A DNA stretch of 64,000 nucleotides. Origin: Squalus acanthias. Lineage: Eukaryota. Each line of letters begins with the position of its first letter. Position 1 is the stretch's first letter. The notes below the pieces were generated by a model, which was not told the DNA's origin, did not search any database, and saw only the letters and a list, made by a program, of their open reading frames with translations. The stretch lies in assembly GCA_030390025.1 (NCBI GenBank), contig CM059431.1:142168001-142232000 (forward strand). Reading direction: 5' to 3'. The translations under genes were made by a program, and so were the position numbers. Of the stretch, positions 24,547 through 36,500 are shown one piece after another.

Positions 24547-26847
24547 TCTAAAGGCATGCGAGCAGAATTGTGTAGAGTGGATTGGGAAAATAGATTAAAG
24601 GGTAAGACGATACATGATCAGTGTTGTACATTTAAGGAGTTATTTTACAACTTCCAAAAAATATATATTCCACTGAGAAGAAAAGGGTGTAAAAGAAAAG
24701 ACAGTCATCCGTGGCTAAGTAAAGAAATTAAGGATAATATTCGACTAAAAGCAATGGCTTATAAGGTAGCCAAATCTAGTGGGAGGATAGAGGATTGGGA
24801 AAACTTTAAAAGACAGCAAAAAAAAGCAAAAATATTGATTAAGAAAGGGAAGATAGATTATGAAAGTAAATTAGCAAAAAATATAAAAACAGATAGTAAG
24901 AGTTTTTATAGTTATATAAAAAGAAAAAGGGTGGCTAAAGTAAATGTTGGTCCCTTGGAGGATGAGACCAGGAAATTAATGGTGGGAAATATGGAGATGG
25001 CAAATACACTGAATGAATATTTTGTATCAGTCTTTACAGTAGAGGGGGCTATAGGGGGGGAGGAGCTAAGCACGATCAAAATCACTAAGGAAGTGGTACT
25101 CGCTAAAATAATGGGAGTCAAGGTGGATAAATCACCTGGACCTGATGGCTTACATCCTAGGGTCTTGAGGGAAGTGGCGGTCGGGATTGTGGATGTATTG
25201 GTAATCATTTTCCTAAACTCCCTGGACTCAGCAAAGATCCCGGCAGACTGGAAAACTGCTAATGTAACACCCTTATTTAAAAAGGGCAGGAGACAGAAGG
25301 CTGGAAACTATTGACCGTTTAGCCTAACATCTGTGGTAGGTAAAATTTTGGAGTCCATTATTAAGGAGACAGTAACGGGACATTTGGATAAGTCATAATT
25401 TAATAGGGCAAAGTCAGCATGGTTTTATGAAGGGAAGTCATGTTTGACAAATTTGCTGGAGTTCTTTGAGGAAGTAACACACAGGGTGGATAAAGGGGAA
25501 CCGTTGGATGTGGTGTATTTAGACTTCCAAAAGGCATTTGACAAGGTGCCACACAAAAGATTATTGCTTAAGATAAAAAATCACGGGATTGGGGGTAATA
25601 TTCTGGCATGGATAGAGGATTGGCTATCTAACAGAAGGCAGAGAGTTGGGATAAATGGTTCATTCTCTGACTGGCAATCAGTAACTAGTGGTTTTCCGCA
25701 GGGGTCAGTGCTGGGTCCCCAACTCTTTACAATCTATATTAACGATTTGGAGGAGGGGACCGAATGTGACATATCAAAGTTTGCAGATGATACTAAGATG
25801 GGAGGGAAAGTAGTGAGTGAGGAGGACATAAAAAATCTGCAAGGGGACATAGACAGGCTAAGTAAGTGTGCAGAGATTTGGCAGATGGAATACAATACTG
25901 GAAAGTGTGAGGTTATGCACTTTGGCAGGAAAAATAGTAGAGCAAGTTATTATCTAAATGGCAAGAAACTGGAAAGTACTGAAGTACAAAGGGATCTGGG
26001 GGTCCTGGTGCACGAAACTCAAAAGGTTATGCAGGTGCAGCAAGTGATTAAGAAGGCCAATGGAATGTTGGCTTTCATTGCTAAGGGGATACAATATAAA
26101 AATAGGGAGGTATTGCTTCAGTTGTACAGGGTATTGGTGAGACCGCACCTGGAATACTGCATACAGTTTTGGTGTCCATACTTAAGAAAATACATACTTG
26201 CTCTCGAGTCAGCACAAAGAAGGTTCACTCGGTTAATCCCGGGGATGAGGGGATGGACATATGAGGAGAGGTTGGGTAGATTGGGACTCTACTCATTGGA
26301 GTTCAGAAGAATGAGAGGCAATCTTATTGAAACATATAAGATTGTGAAGGGGTTGGATCGGGTGGATGCGGGGAGGATGTTCCCGATGATGGGTGAAACT
26401 TGAACTAGGGGGCATAGTCTTAGAATAAGGGGCTGCTCTTTCAAAACTGAGATGAGAAGGAACTACTTCACTCAGAGGGTGGTATGTCCATGGAATATGC
26501 TGCCCCAAAAAGCTGTAGAAGCTAAATTTAAAACAGAATTAGACAGTTTCCTAGAAGTAAAGGGAATTAAGGGTTACGGGGAGCGGGCAGGAATTTGGAC
26601 ATGAGTCTAGGTTCGGATCGGTCATGGCCCTGTGGGTAGCGTAACAGGCCCAGGGGCCGTGTAGCCTGATTCTGCTCCTATTTCTTGTGTCCAATTCTGT
26701 TAGGTTCAGGAGATGGTTCTGTGATAGTAGATTGGCGGTTAGGATCAGATCAGTCATGATCTTATTGAATGGCGGAGCAGGCTTGAGGGGCCAGTTGGCC
26801 TACTCCTGCTCCTATTTCTTATGTTCTTATGTTCTTATGTTCTAAAG
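24547..26847 (+). mobile_element. CR1 LINE, 5'-truncated, relatively young, ORF2 broken; possible TCTAAAG target duplication
   Basis: ORFs 24505..25314 and 25444..26403 carry CR1 RT motifs ([28 protein letters not shown]); (TTCTTATG)n tail; TCTAAAG at 24547-24553 and 26841-26847. Confidence 0.95.
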
Positions 26848-27289
26848 ACGCTTCACCTGAAGACCACACTTGGCTTCGACAATCCCTGTGCCAATAATAT
26901 CCGAACATTATTTCAAACATTTCTCTTCAGGAAGACTTGAATAAGGAGTTCAGTCGTTCTGCCAGAACTTTGCACATTTACAGGTCAGTTGAACTCAGTT
27001 CTTCCTCCAATGTTTTCTTACAGTGACGGTGAGCAGAGAACAGTATTCCTCTCAGATGTATCACATAAACTATGGCACAGGCGGAATAGTGTGTGATAAC
27101 AATAAATGCACGATTTACTTTTTAACATTGATCCCTGCTTTTCTCACCTTCGGACTCAACGGGGTGAAATTGGTCTCAGCCAGTTTCATGAAGTAGGGTT
27201 GCAGCAAACCGGGAGACACTTTTACACCGCAATCGGTGTCCTTCTCCATTAACGTCAATGGACATATATTAACTTCATGGAATATATAC

Positions 27290-28720
27290 TATTAATAGGT
27301 ACGGCTAGCGTGCAGGAAAATTGATTTAGTCTGTATGGGATATTAAGTGCCATGGAGGCAAGAGTAAACTAGTTGATATTTTTCAGGAGGTCACTAACAT
27401 GCAAGAGAAAGGAGCGCCCCTGGATGTTCTCTGCATGGACTTCCAGAAGGTAGTTGATCAGGTTTTGACCAGGAGATATTAGCAAAAATGAAAGCGTGTG
27501 GAATTGGCAGCAAGCTTGCGAAATGGGTTATAATTTGGTTGGGAGGTAGGAGACAGAGAGTTTGGATAAATTGCAAATAGTCTGACTGTCTTGAGTGACA
27601 AGTTCTTTTGCCCATGGATCTATTCTGTGTCCTCATCCTTTCACCATATTTGTCAATGGTTTGGATGAAGGAATAGAGTGTTGTATATTACAAGTCTGCA
27701 CTTAGTTGGCAGACACATTAGTAAGTGTAGATGGGAGCAGGAATTTACAAAAGGACATAAAACCGTTGAAGTGAATAGGAACAACTGTGGCAAAATGATC
27801 TCAATACGGGAAAGCGTGAGGCCATCACTTCAGATCCAGAAAACTAATTCGGAGGATGCTCTGTATCGTGAGAAACTACGAACTATGTAGAATCAAAGAT
27901 ATATTCGGTATCCGTGCAGATATATCATTGAAAGCTAATAGACAGGTAACAAACGTAATCAAATGATTGATGGAATGTTGGCCCCTATGTCAAGGGGGCT
28001 GGAAGTCAAAGCGGAGAAAGTTATCCTCCAGTTGTGCAGAGCCTTGACAAGGCCCCCATCTATAGTATTGGTTCAGTTATGGACATCGCACCTCAGCAAG
28101 CATGTGTTTGATTTTGAGGGGTACAAAACATAATCACCAACATAAATGTGTGTTCCGCTGAGTATAGAACATTGAAGGAGATCTGATAGAAGCGTTCAAA
28201 ATGATAAAAAATATTCGGTAGGATGGATGCTAAGAAATTATGTCCTCCAAAAGAAGGGAGCGTAACTTTAAATATAGAGCTAGGTCATTCACGAGCAAAA
28301 TCGGGAAGCACATCTTCCCACGAAGAATAATGGGAATCTGGAAGCCCACCCCCACCCCGCCCCACCTCCCCCAACCATTTCCACCACCACTGAAGTGTTA
28401 AATAATGAGAACAGGCGAGTTTGCAATTATAATGAGTGATTTAATCGAGCTTTTTTGAAATGCTTAAGGCATTCCATTGTGTAGATGCAGATTTGCCAGG
28501 GTAGATACATAAAATGTATATGCTGTTGTATGGAAATCCAGAACAATCTAGAAATCTGTCCATCAAAAATTGTAAATGTTGAGAATAGTGAAATTTTCAA
28601 TATTGAGATTGTTTTTGGTAAATGTGTCAAGGGAATTGAGTTATCAGCCATGATACAATTGAATGACAAAACAGGTTAGTGGGGCTGCTTTAACTACTCC
28701 TGTATTTAATCCTATGTTTC
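27290..28720 (+). mobile_element. Older, heavily decayed CR1 fragment
   Basis: Colinear similarity to 25400-26800 (gacttccagaagg, gagtttggataaat, gatatattcggta...), no long ORF. Confidence 0.7.
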
Positions 28721-29829
28721 TTTGAGTCACTTATTCTATGATTGTACTGTTCTACAGCTGTATAATTCTATGAATCTTTGGTGCTGCAGCTGGATAATGC
28801 ACTGATTCTACCGTACTACAGTTCTCTGATTCTATGGAATTGATTTTCAGCATGCTGCCTGGACATCAAACTGGCATTGCAGATTGCCCGCCAATTATGC
28901 AAATTATCTGCTTTTCATTCACGTTGATTTCTGCTTCTAAAGATGCTGCAGTTCTCAGTTCTCTGAACTGTGTGCCTCTGATTTTCTATATCTATGGTTA
29001 CATTATTCTCTGAATCAGTGGTTCCAAAGTCCTAAGATTCTATGATTCTATGATTCACTGATTCTATGATTATCTTTTTATTTGACTCTCTGCTTGTGTA
29101 ACTCCACCATTCTACAGTCCCGTGATTTTCTATTTCTCCGGTGCTATCTTTCTATGATACTATGATTAGTTGTAACGTAAGTACTTCACCATGAAGGCAT
29201 CATCTTGCTGAATCTATGCTGCAGGCTGTCTGCGGCTGAATGAGGTTCTATAGAGGGTGTCTAAAACTGCACACATTTTCTGTCTGAGGCCTGTCCAAAT
29301 TTACTTTCTAATTCCTGTACTCTATGTCCTCTTGTTTATTTAATCCGCTGCTATTTGGCTCATGCGCAAATTTTGAGATTAAGCTCCCTGGGCACAACTA
29401 TTGAATGTTAAGTAGGCCCCGCCTGCCTTTAGCGGGAGTCCCGTCGATGGCGTGATTCGTCTTCATGACAACGAAGGCAGCCAGCAAGCTGGAGCTTGGA
29501 GCTAAATTGTAAAATTCTAACCTTTCCCCTGCAATATTCTCGCTGGTTAGAATCCATGCTCTTTTTCTCTCTGTCAACAGATTTATAGCTATCCTGCTGT
29601 AGTTTCTCATAGCATTTTCCTGAGTTTTGTAACAAGCTTTCTTTGAAGCGTTTTATCAAATGCCTTGTGAAAATTAATTTATATTACATCCACAGCATTA
29701 ACAAGTAACTTCGATCCCACACCTCTTCGTTGGCCCTTAATGCCTTCAAGACAACTAGAGTTGGGAATAAATGCTTCCTTGCCAGCGTCACCATGGTCGC
29801 GAGAGTGAACAATCAAATGACGTACTCAC

Positions 29830-29941
29830 CAGTTGATGAACGAGCTCTTGCCGGACGAATGGTTCCCCATCAACATCACCGTGATCTTCTTCCTTGGAGC
29901 CAAGAGGCCGAGTCCCAGCCGGCTGGCAATGCCCTCCAGGC
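29830..29941 (-). CDS. GTPase exon A (G-LEGIASRLGLGLLAPRKKITVMLMGNHSSGKSSFINW), carries P-loop
   Basis: Acceptor ttgacag, donor gtgagt; phase 1->2; GxxxxGKS. Confidence 0.9.
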
Positions 29942-30021
29942 CTGTCAACAGCAGAGGGTCACTCAGTATCTCAGTCCAAACAGCAAAGTTGTGGGTTGTG
30001 TGTGCGTGAAAGTGACACAGA

Positions 30022-30175
30022 GGGAGGATATTAACTTTGGGCGACGGTGTAAAATGGGACATATCCAATATGTCCCCTATTTTATAACACGCCCGATTTT
30101 CCTTCCCATTGAAAACAATGGAAGGCCAATTCGATATTGCACATTTTATATTATCGCCAGAAGCTAAAGTTCCCC
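30022..30175. mobile_element. Palindromic MITE-like element
   Basis: GGATATTAACTTTGGGCGA ... TCGCCAGAAGCTAAAGTTCCCC termini. Confidence 0.5.
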
Positions 30176-30574
30176 AGAAAATGATTCGGGGAATGTAGCT
30201 AAATTAAAGAGAGAAAGTAAATGCCTGCTGAATATACATGAGATTTTGATAGTCAGAAAAATCAAACAGGGTTCACTTTAAGTTTGTGTGATGGCATAAC
30301 ACCGGCGATGGAGAACTGGCCGCTCATTATTCAGGCCGCCCGAATCTCCCCACCACTGACTTCCTCAGAAAGGAGAATCCAACATGGTGTATAATGCGTG
30401 TCTAATTCGATATCATCCAGTGTACAGCGTCGCATGAAATTATAATTTTTATCTAAAGCATTGAAATTCGGTCAATGAGAACATGGATGAACTCATCCAT
30501 TGTTGTCTAGTTTGCCTCTCTATCCCTTCTTGCACAAAAGTTACCCTTCAAGCCCCCACATCTTTAAAGGTAAT

Positions 30575-33500
30575 TCCCATTCTCCCACTCTGTAAATCTC
30601 ATTCCTACTCACATTCCCTCACTCTATCGATGTCAGACATATACTCTCTCTCGGTGAGTCTCACTCGCAATCGCATTCTTTCACTCTCAAAATCTCACTC
30701 CCGTTCAATCACTCAGCAAATATCACTCCCATTCCCTCACTCTGTAAAACTCTCTCCCTTTCCCGGAAACTGCAAATCTCACTCCCATTCCCTCACTCTG
30801 TAAATATCACTTCAATTCCCTCAATCTGTAAACCTCACTCCCATTCCCTCACTCTGTAATTGTCACTCCCATTCCCTCAATCCGTAATTCTCACTCCCAT
30901 GCCCTTACTCTGTAAATCTCACTCCCATTCCCTCAATCTGTAAATCTCACTCACATTCCCTCAATCTGTAAATCTCACTCCCTTTCCCTCAATCTGCAAC
31001 ACTCACTCCCATTCCCTCAATCTCTAATTCTCACTCCCATTCCCTAACTCTGTAAATCTAACTCCCATTCCCTCAATCTCTAATTCTCACTCCCATGCCC
31101 TCATTCTGTAAATCTTACACCCATTATCTTACTCTGTAAACCTCACTCCCATCCCCTCACTCTGTAAATCTAACTAACGTTCCCTCAATCTCTAATTCTC
31201 ACTCCCATGTCCTCACTCTGTAAACTTCACTCCCATGTCCTCACTCTGTAAATCTCACACCCATTCCCTTACACTGTAAACTTCACACCCATTCCATTAC
31301 TCTGTAAACCTCACTCCCATTCCCTCACTCTGTAAATCTCACTCCCACTCCCTCACTCTTTAAATCTTACTCCCATTCCCTCACTCTGTAAATCTCACTC
31401 CCACTCCCTCACTTTGTAAATCTCACTCCCTTTCCCTCACTCTGTAAATCTCATTCGCTCTCCCTCACTCTGTAAATCTCACTCCCACTCCCTCACTCTG
31501 CAAATCTCACTCCCATTCCCTCACTCTGTAAATCTCACTCCCACTCCCTCACTCTGTAAACCTCACTCCCATTCCCTCAATCTGTAAATCTCACTCCCAC
31601 TCCCTCACTCTGTAAATCTCACTCCTATCCCTCACTCTGCAAATCTCACTCCCATTCCCTCACTCTGTAAATCTCACTCCCACTCCCTCACTCTGTAAAC
31701 CTCAATCATATTCCCTCACTCTGTTAATCTCACTCCCACTCCCTCACTCTGTAAATCTCACTCCCATTCCCTCACTCTTTAAATCTCTCTCCCATTCCCT
31801 CACTCAGTAAAACTCACTCCCATTCCCTCACTCTTCAAAACTCACTCACATTCACCGACTCTGTAAAGCCCACTCCCATTCCCTCACACTTTAAATCTCA
31901 CTCCCATGACCTCACTCTGTAAATCTCACACACATTCCCTTACGCTGGAAACCTCACTTCCATTCCCTCACTCTGTAATTCTCACTCCCACTCCCTCACT
32001 CTTTAAATCTCACTCCCACTCACTTACTCTGCAAATCTCACTCCCACTCCCTCTATCTGTAAACCTCACTCCCATTCCCTCACTCTATAAATCTCACTCC
32101 CATTCCCTCACTCTGTAAATCTCACTCCCATTCCCTCAATCATTAAATCTCACTCACATTCCCTCAATCTGTAAATCTCACTCCCTTTCCCTCAATCTGC
32201 AACACTCACTCCCATTCCCTCAATCTCTAATTCTCTCTCCCATTCCCTCAATCTTTAAATCTCACACCCATTCTCATACTCTATAAACCTCACTCGCATC
32301 CCCTCACTCTGTAAATCTAACTCCCATTCCCTCAATCTCTAATTCTCACTCCCATTCCCTAATTCTGTAAATCTGACTCCCATTCCCTCAATCTCTAATT
32401 CTCAATGCAATGCCCTAACTCTGTAAACCTCACTCCCATCCCTTCACTCTGTAAATCTCACTCCCACTCCCTCACTCTGTAAATCTCACTCCCACTCCCT
32501 CACTCTGTAAACCGCACTCCTATTCCCTCACACTGTAAATCTCACTCCCATGCCCTCACTCTGTAAATCTCACACACATTCCATTACTCTGTAAATATCA
32601 CTCCCATTCCCTCACTCTGTAAATCTCACTCCCACTCCCTCACTCTGAAAACCTCACTCGCACTCACTCACTCTTTAAATCTCACTCCCATTCCCTCACT
32701 CTGTAAATCTCACTCCCACCCCCTCACTCTGTAAATCTCACTCCCATTCCCTCACTCTTTAAATCTCACTCCCATTCCCTAATTCTGTAAATCTCACTCC
32801 CATTCCCTCACTCTGTAAATCTCACTCCCATTCCATCACTCTTTAAATCTCACTCCCATTCCCTAATTCTGTAAATCTCACTCCCATTCCCTCACTCTGT
32901 AAATCTCACTCCCATTCCCTCACTCTGTAAATCTCACTCCCATTCCCTAATTGTGTAAATCTCACTCCCATTCCCTCACTCTGTAAATCTCACTCCCATT
33001 CCCTCACTCTGTAAACCTCACTCCTATTCCCTCACTCTGTAAATCTCACTCCCATTCCCTCACTCTGTAAACCGCACTCCTATTCCCTCACTCTGTAAAT
33101 CTCATTCCCATTCCCTCAATCTCTAAATCTCACTCCCACTCCCTCACTCTGTAAACCGCACTCCTATTCCCTCACTTTGTAAATCTCACTGCCATTCCCT
33201 GACTCTGGAAATCTCACTCCCACTCCCTCACTTTTTAAATCTCCCTCCCAATCCCTCACTCTGTAAATCTCACTCCCATTCCCTCACTCTGTAAATCTCA
33301 CTCTCATTCCCTCCATCTGCAATTCTCACTCCCACTCCCTCAATCTGTAATTCTCACACCCATTCCCTCAATCCGTAATTCTCACTCCCATGCCCTTACT
33401 CTGAAAATCTCACTCCCATTCCCTCACTCTGTAAATCTCACTCACATTCCCTCAATCTATAAATCTCACACCCATTCTCTTATTCTGTAAACCTCACTCC

Positions 33501-36500
33501 CATCCCCTCACTCTGTAAATCTAACTCCCATTCCCTCAATCTCTAATTCTCACTCCCATTCCCTCACTCTGTAAATCTCACTCCCACTCCCTCACTCTGT
33601 AAATCTCACTCCCATTCCCTCACTCTGCAAATCTCACTCCCATTCCCACACTCTTTAAATCACACTCCCATGCCCATCACTCTTTGAATCTCACTCCCAC
33701 TCACTTACTCTATAAATCTCACTCCCATTCCCTCACTCTGTAAATCTCACCCCCATTCTCTCAATCTGTAATTCTCACTCCCATGCCGTTACTCTGTAAA
33801 TCTCACTCCCATTCCCTCAATCTGTAAATCTCACTCACATTCCCTCAATCTGTAAATCTCACTCCCTTTCCCTCAATCTGTAAATCTCACACCCAATCTC
33901 ATACTCTATAAACCTCACTCCCATCCTCTCACTCTGTAAATCTAACTCCCATTCCCTCAATCTCTAATTCTCACTCCAATGCCCTCACTCTGTAAATCTC
34001 ACTCCCACTCCCTCACTCTGTAAATCACACTCCCACTCCCTCACTCTGTAAATCTCACTCCCATTCCCTCACTCTGTAAACCTCACTCCTATTCCCTCAC
34101 TCTGTTAATCTCACTCCCATTCCCTCAATCTCTAATTCTCACTCCCATGCCCTCACTCTGTAAATCTCAATCACAGTCCCTCACTCTATTATTCTCACTC
34201 CCATTCCCTCACTCTGTAAATCTCACTCCCACTCCCTCACTCTGAAAACCTCACTCGCACTCCCTCACTCTGTAAATCTCACTCCCACACCCTCACTCTG
34301 TAAATCTCACTCCCATTCCCTCACTCTTTAAATCTCACTCCCATTCCCGAATTCTGTATATCTCAGTCTCACTCCCTCACGCTGTAAATCTCACTTCCAT
34401 TCCCTCACTCTTTAAATCTCACTCCCATTCCCTAATTCTGTATATCTCAGTCCCACTCCCTCACGCTGTAAATCTGACTCCCATTACCTCACTCTTTAAA
34501 TCTCACTCCCATTCCAATCACTCTTTAAATCTCACTCCCATTCCAACACTCAGTAAAAGTCACTCCCATTCCCTTACTCTGTAAATCTCACTCCCATTCC
34601 CTCACTCTGTAAATCTTACCACCTACCCTCACTTTGTAAATCTCTCTCGCATTCCCTGACTCTGTAAATCTCACTCCCACTCACTCACTTTTTAAATCTC
34701 ACACCCGTTCCCTTAATCTGTAATTCTCAATCCCATTCCCTCACTCTATAATTCTCACACCCATTGCCTTAATCTGAAAATCTCACTCCCATTCCCTCAA
34801 TCTGTAAATCTCACCCCCATTCCCTCACTCTGTAAATCTCACTCCCATTCCCTCAATCTCTAATTCTCACTCCAATGCCCTCACTCTATAAATCTCACAC
34901 CCATTCTCTTACTCTGTAAACCACACTCCCATTCCCTCACTTTGTAAATCTCACACCCATTCCCTTACTCAGTAAACCTCACACCCATTCCCTTACTCTG
35001 TAAAACTCACTCCCACTCCCTCACTCTGTAAATCTCACTCCTACTCCGTCACTCTGTAAATCTCACTCCACTCCCTCACTCTGTAAACCTCACTCTTATT
35101 CCCTCACTCAGTAAATCGCACTCCCACTCCCTCATTCTTTTAATCTTCTCCCATTCCCTCACCCTGTAAATCTCACTCCCACTCCCTCACTCTGTAAATC
35201 TCACTCCCATTCCCTCACTCTTTAAATCTCACTCTCACTCCCTCACTCTGTAAATCTCACTCCCATTCCCTCACTCTTTAAATCTCACTCCCATTCCCTC
35301 ACTCAGTAAAACTCACTCCCACTCCCTCACTCTGTAATTCTCACTCCCATTCCCTCAATCCGTAATTTTCACTCCCATGCCCTTACTCTGTAAATCTCAC
35401 TCACATTCCCTCAATCATAAATCTCACTCCCTTTCCCTCAATCTGCAACACTCACTCCCATTCACTCAAGCTCTAATTCTCCCTCCCATTCCCTAACTCT
35501 GTAAATCTAACTCCCATTCCCTCAATCTCTAATTCTCACTCCCATGCCCTCATTCTGTAAATCTTACACCCATTATCTTACTCTGTAAACCTCACTCCTA
35601 TCCCCTCACTCTGTAAATCTAACTCCTGTTCCCTCAATCTCTAATTCTCACTCCCATGTCCTCACTCTGTAAATCTCACACCCATCCCTTCCTCTGTAAA
35701 CCTCACTCCCATGTCCTCACACTGTAAATCTCACACCCATTCCCTTACACTGTAAACTTCACACCCATTCCCTTACTCTGTAAACCTCACTCTCATGTCC
35801 TCACACTGTAAATCTCACAACCATTCCCTTACTCTGTAAACCTCACTCTCATGTCCTCACACTGTAAACTTCACACCCATTCCCTTACTCTGTAAATCTC
35901 ACTCCCACTCCCTCACTCTTTAAATCTTACTCCCATTCCCTCACTCTGTAAATCTCACTTCCACTCCCTCACTCTGTAAACCTCACTCCCATTCCCTCAA
36001 TCTGTAAATCTCACTCCCACTCCCTCACTCTGTAAATCTCACTCCTATCCCTCACTCTGCAAATCTCACTCCCATTCCCTCACTCTGTAAATCTCACTCC
36101 CACTCCCTCACTCTGTAAACCTCAATCATATTCCCTCACTCTGTAAATCTCACTCCCATTTCCTCACTCTATAAATCTCACTACCACTCCCTCACTCTGT
36201 AAATCTCTCTCCCAATCCCTCACTCAGTAAAACTCATTCCCATTCCCTCACTCTGCAAATCTCACTCCCATGCCCTCACACGGTAATTGTCACTCCCACT
36301 CCCTCACTCTTTAAATCTCACTCCCACTCACTTACTCTGTAAATCTCACTCCCACTCCCTCTATCTGTAAACCTCACTCCCATTCCCTCACTCTATAAAT
36401 CTCACTCCCATTCCCTCACTCTGTAATTCTCACCCCCATTCCCTCAATCCGTAATTCTCACTCCCATGCCCTTACTCTGTAAATCTCACTCCCATTCCCT

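Larger units (their letters stand above)
4815..29941 (-). other. Spliced gene (11 exons found): uncharacterised dynamin/EHD-like P-loop GTPase with two C-terminal hydrophobic helices; 5' exon missing, one frameshifted exon
   Basis: Exons join with matching phases at GT-AG sites; G1 GNHSSGKS, G3 DTQG, G4-like LSKAD; ~411 codons after the 1-nt correction. Confidence 0.88.

Noticed and set aside
24505..26403. Long RT ORFs as an active or domesticated reverse transcriptase
   Set aside because: 5'-truncated (no endonuclease), with stops at 25312 and 26401 and a frameshift near 25393; an ordinary dead CR1 copy
30540..30575. Possible first GTPase exon ending at a minus-strand GTAACT donor
   Set aside because: No convincing start codon or protein-like frame; it abuts the satellite
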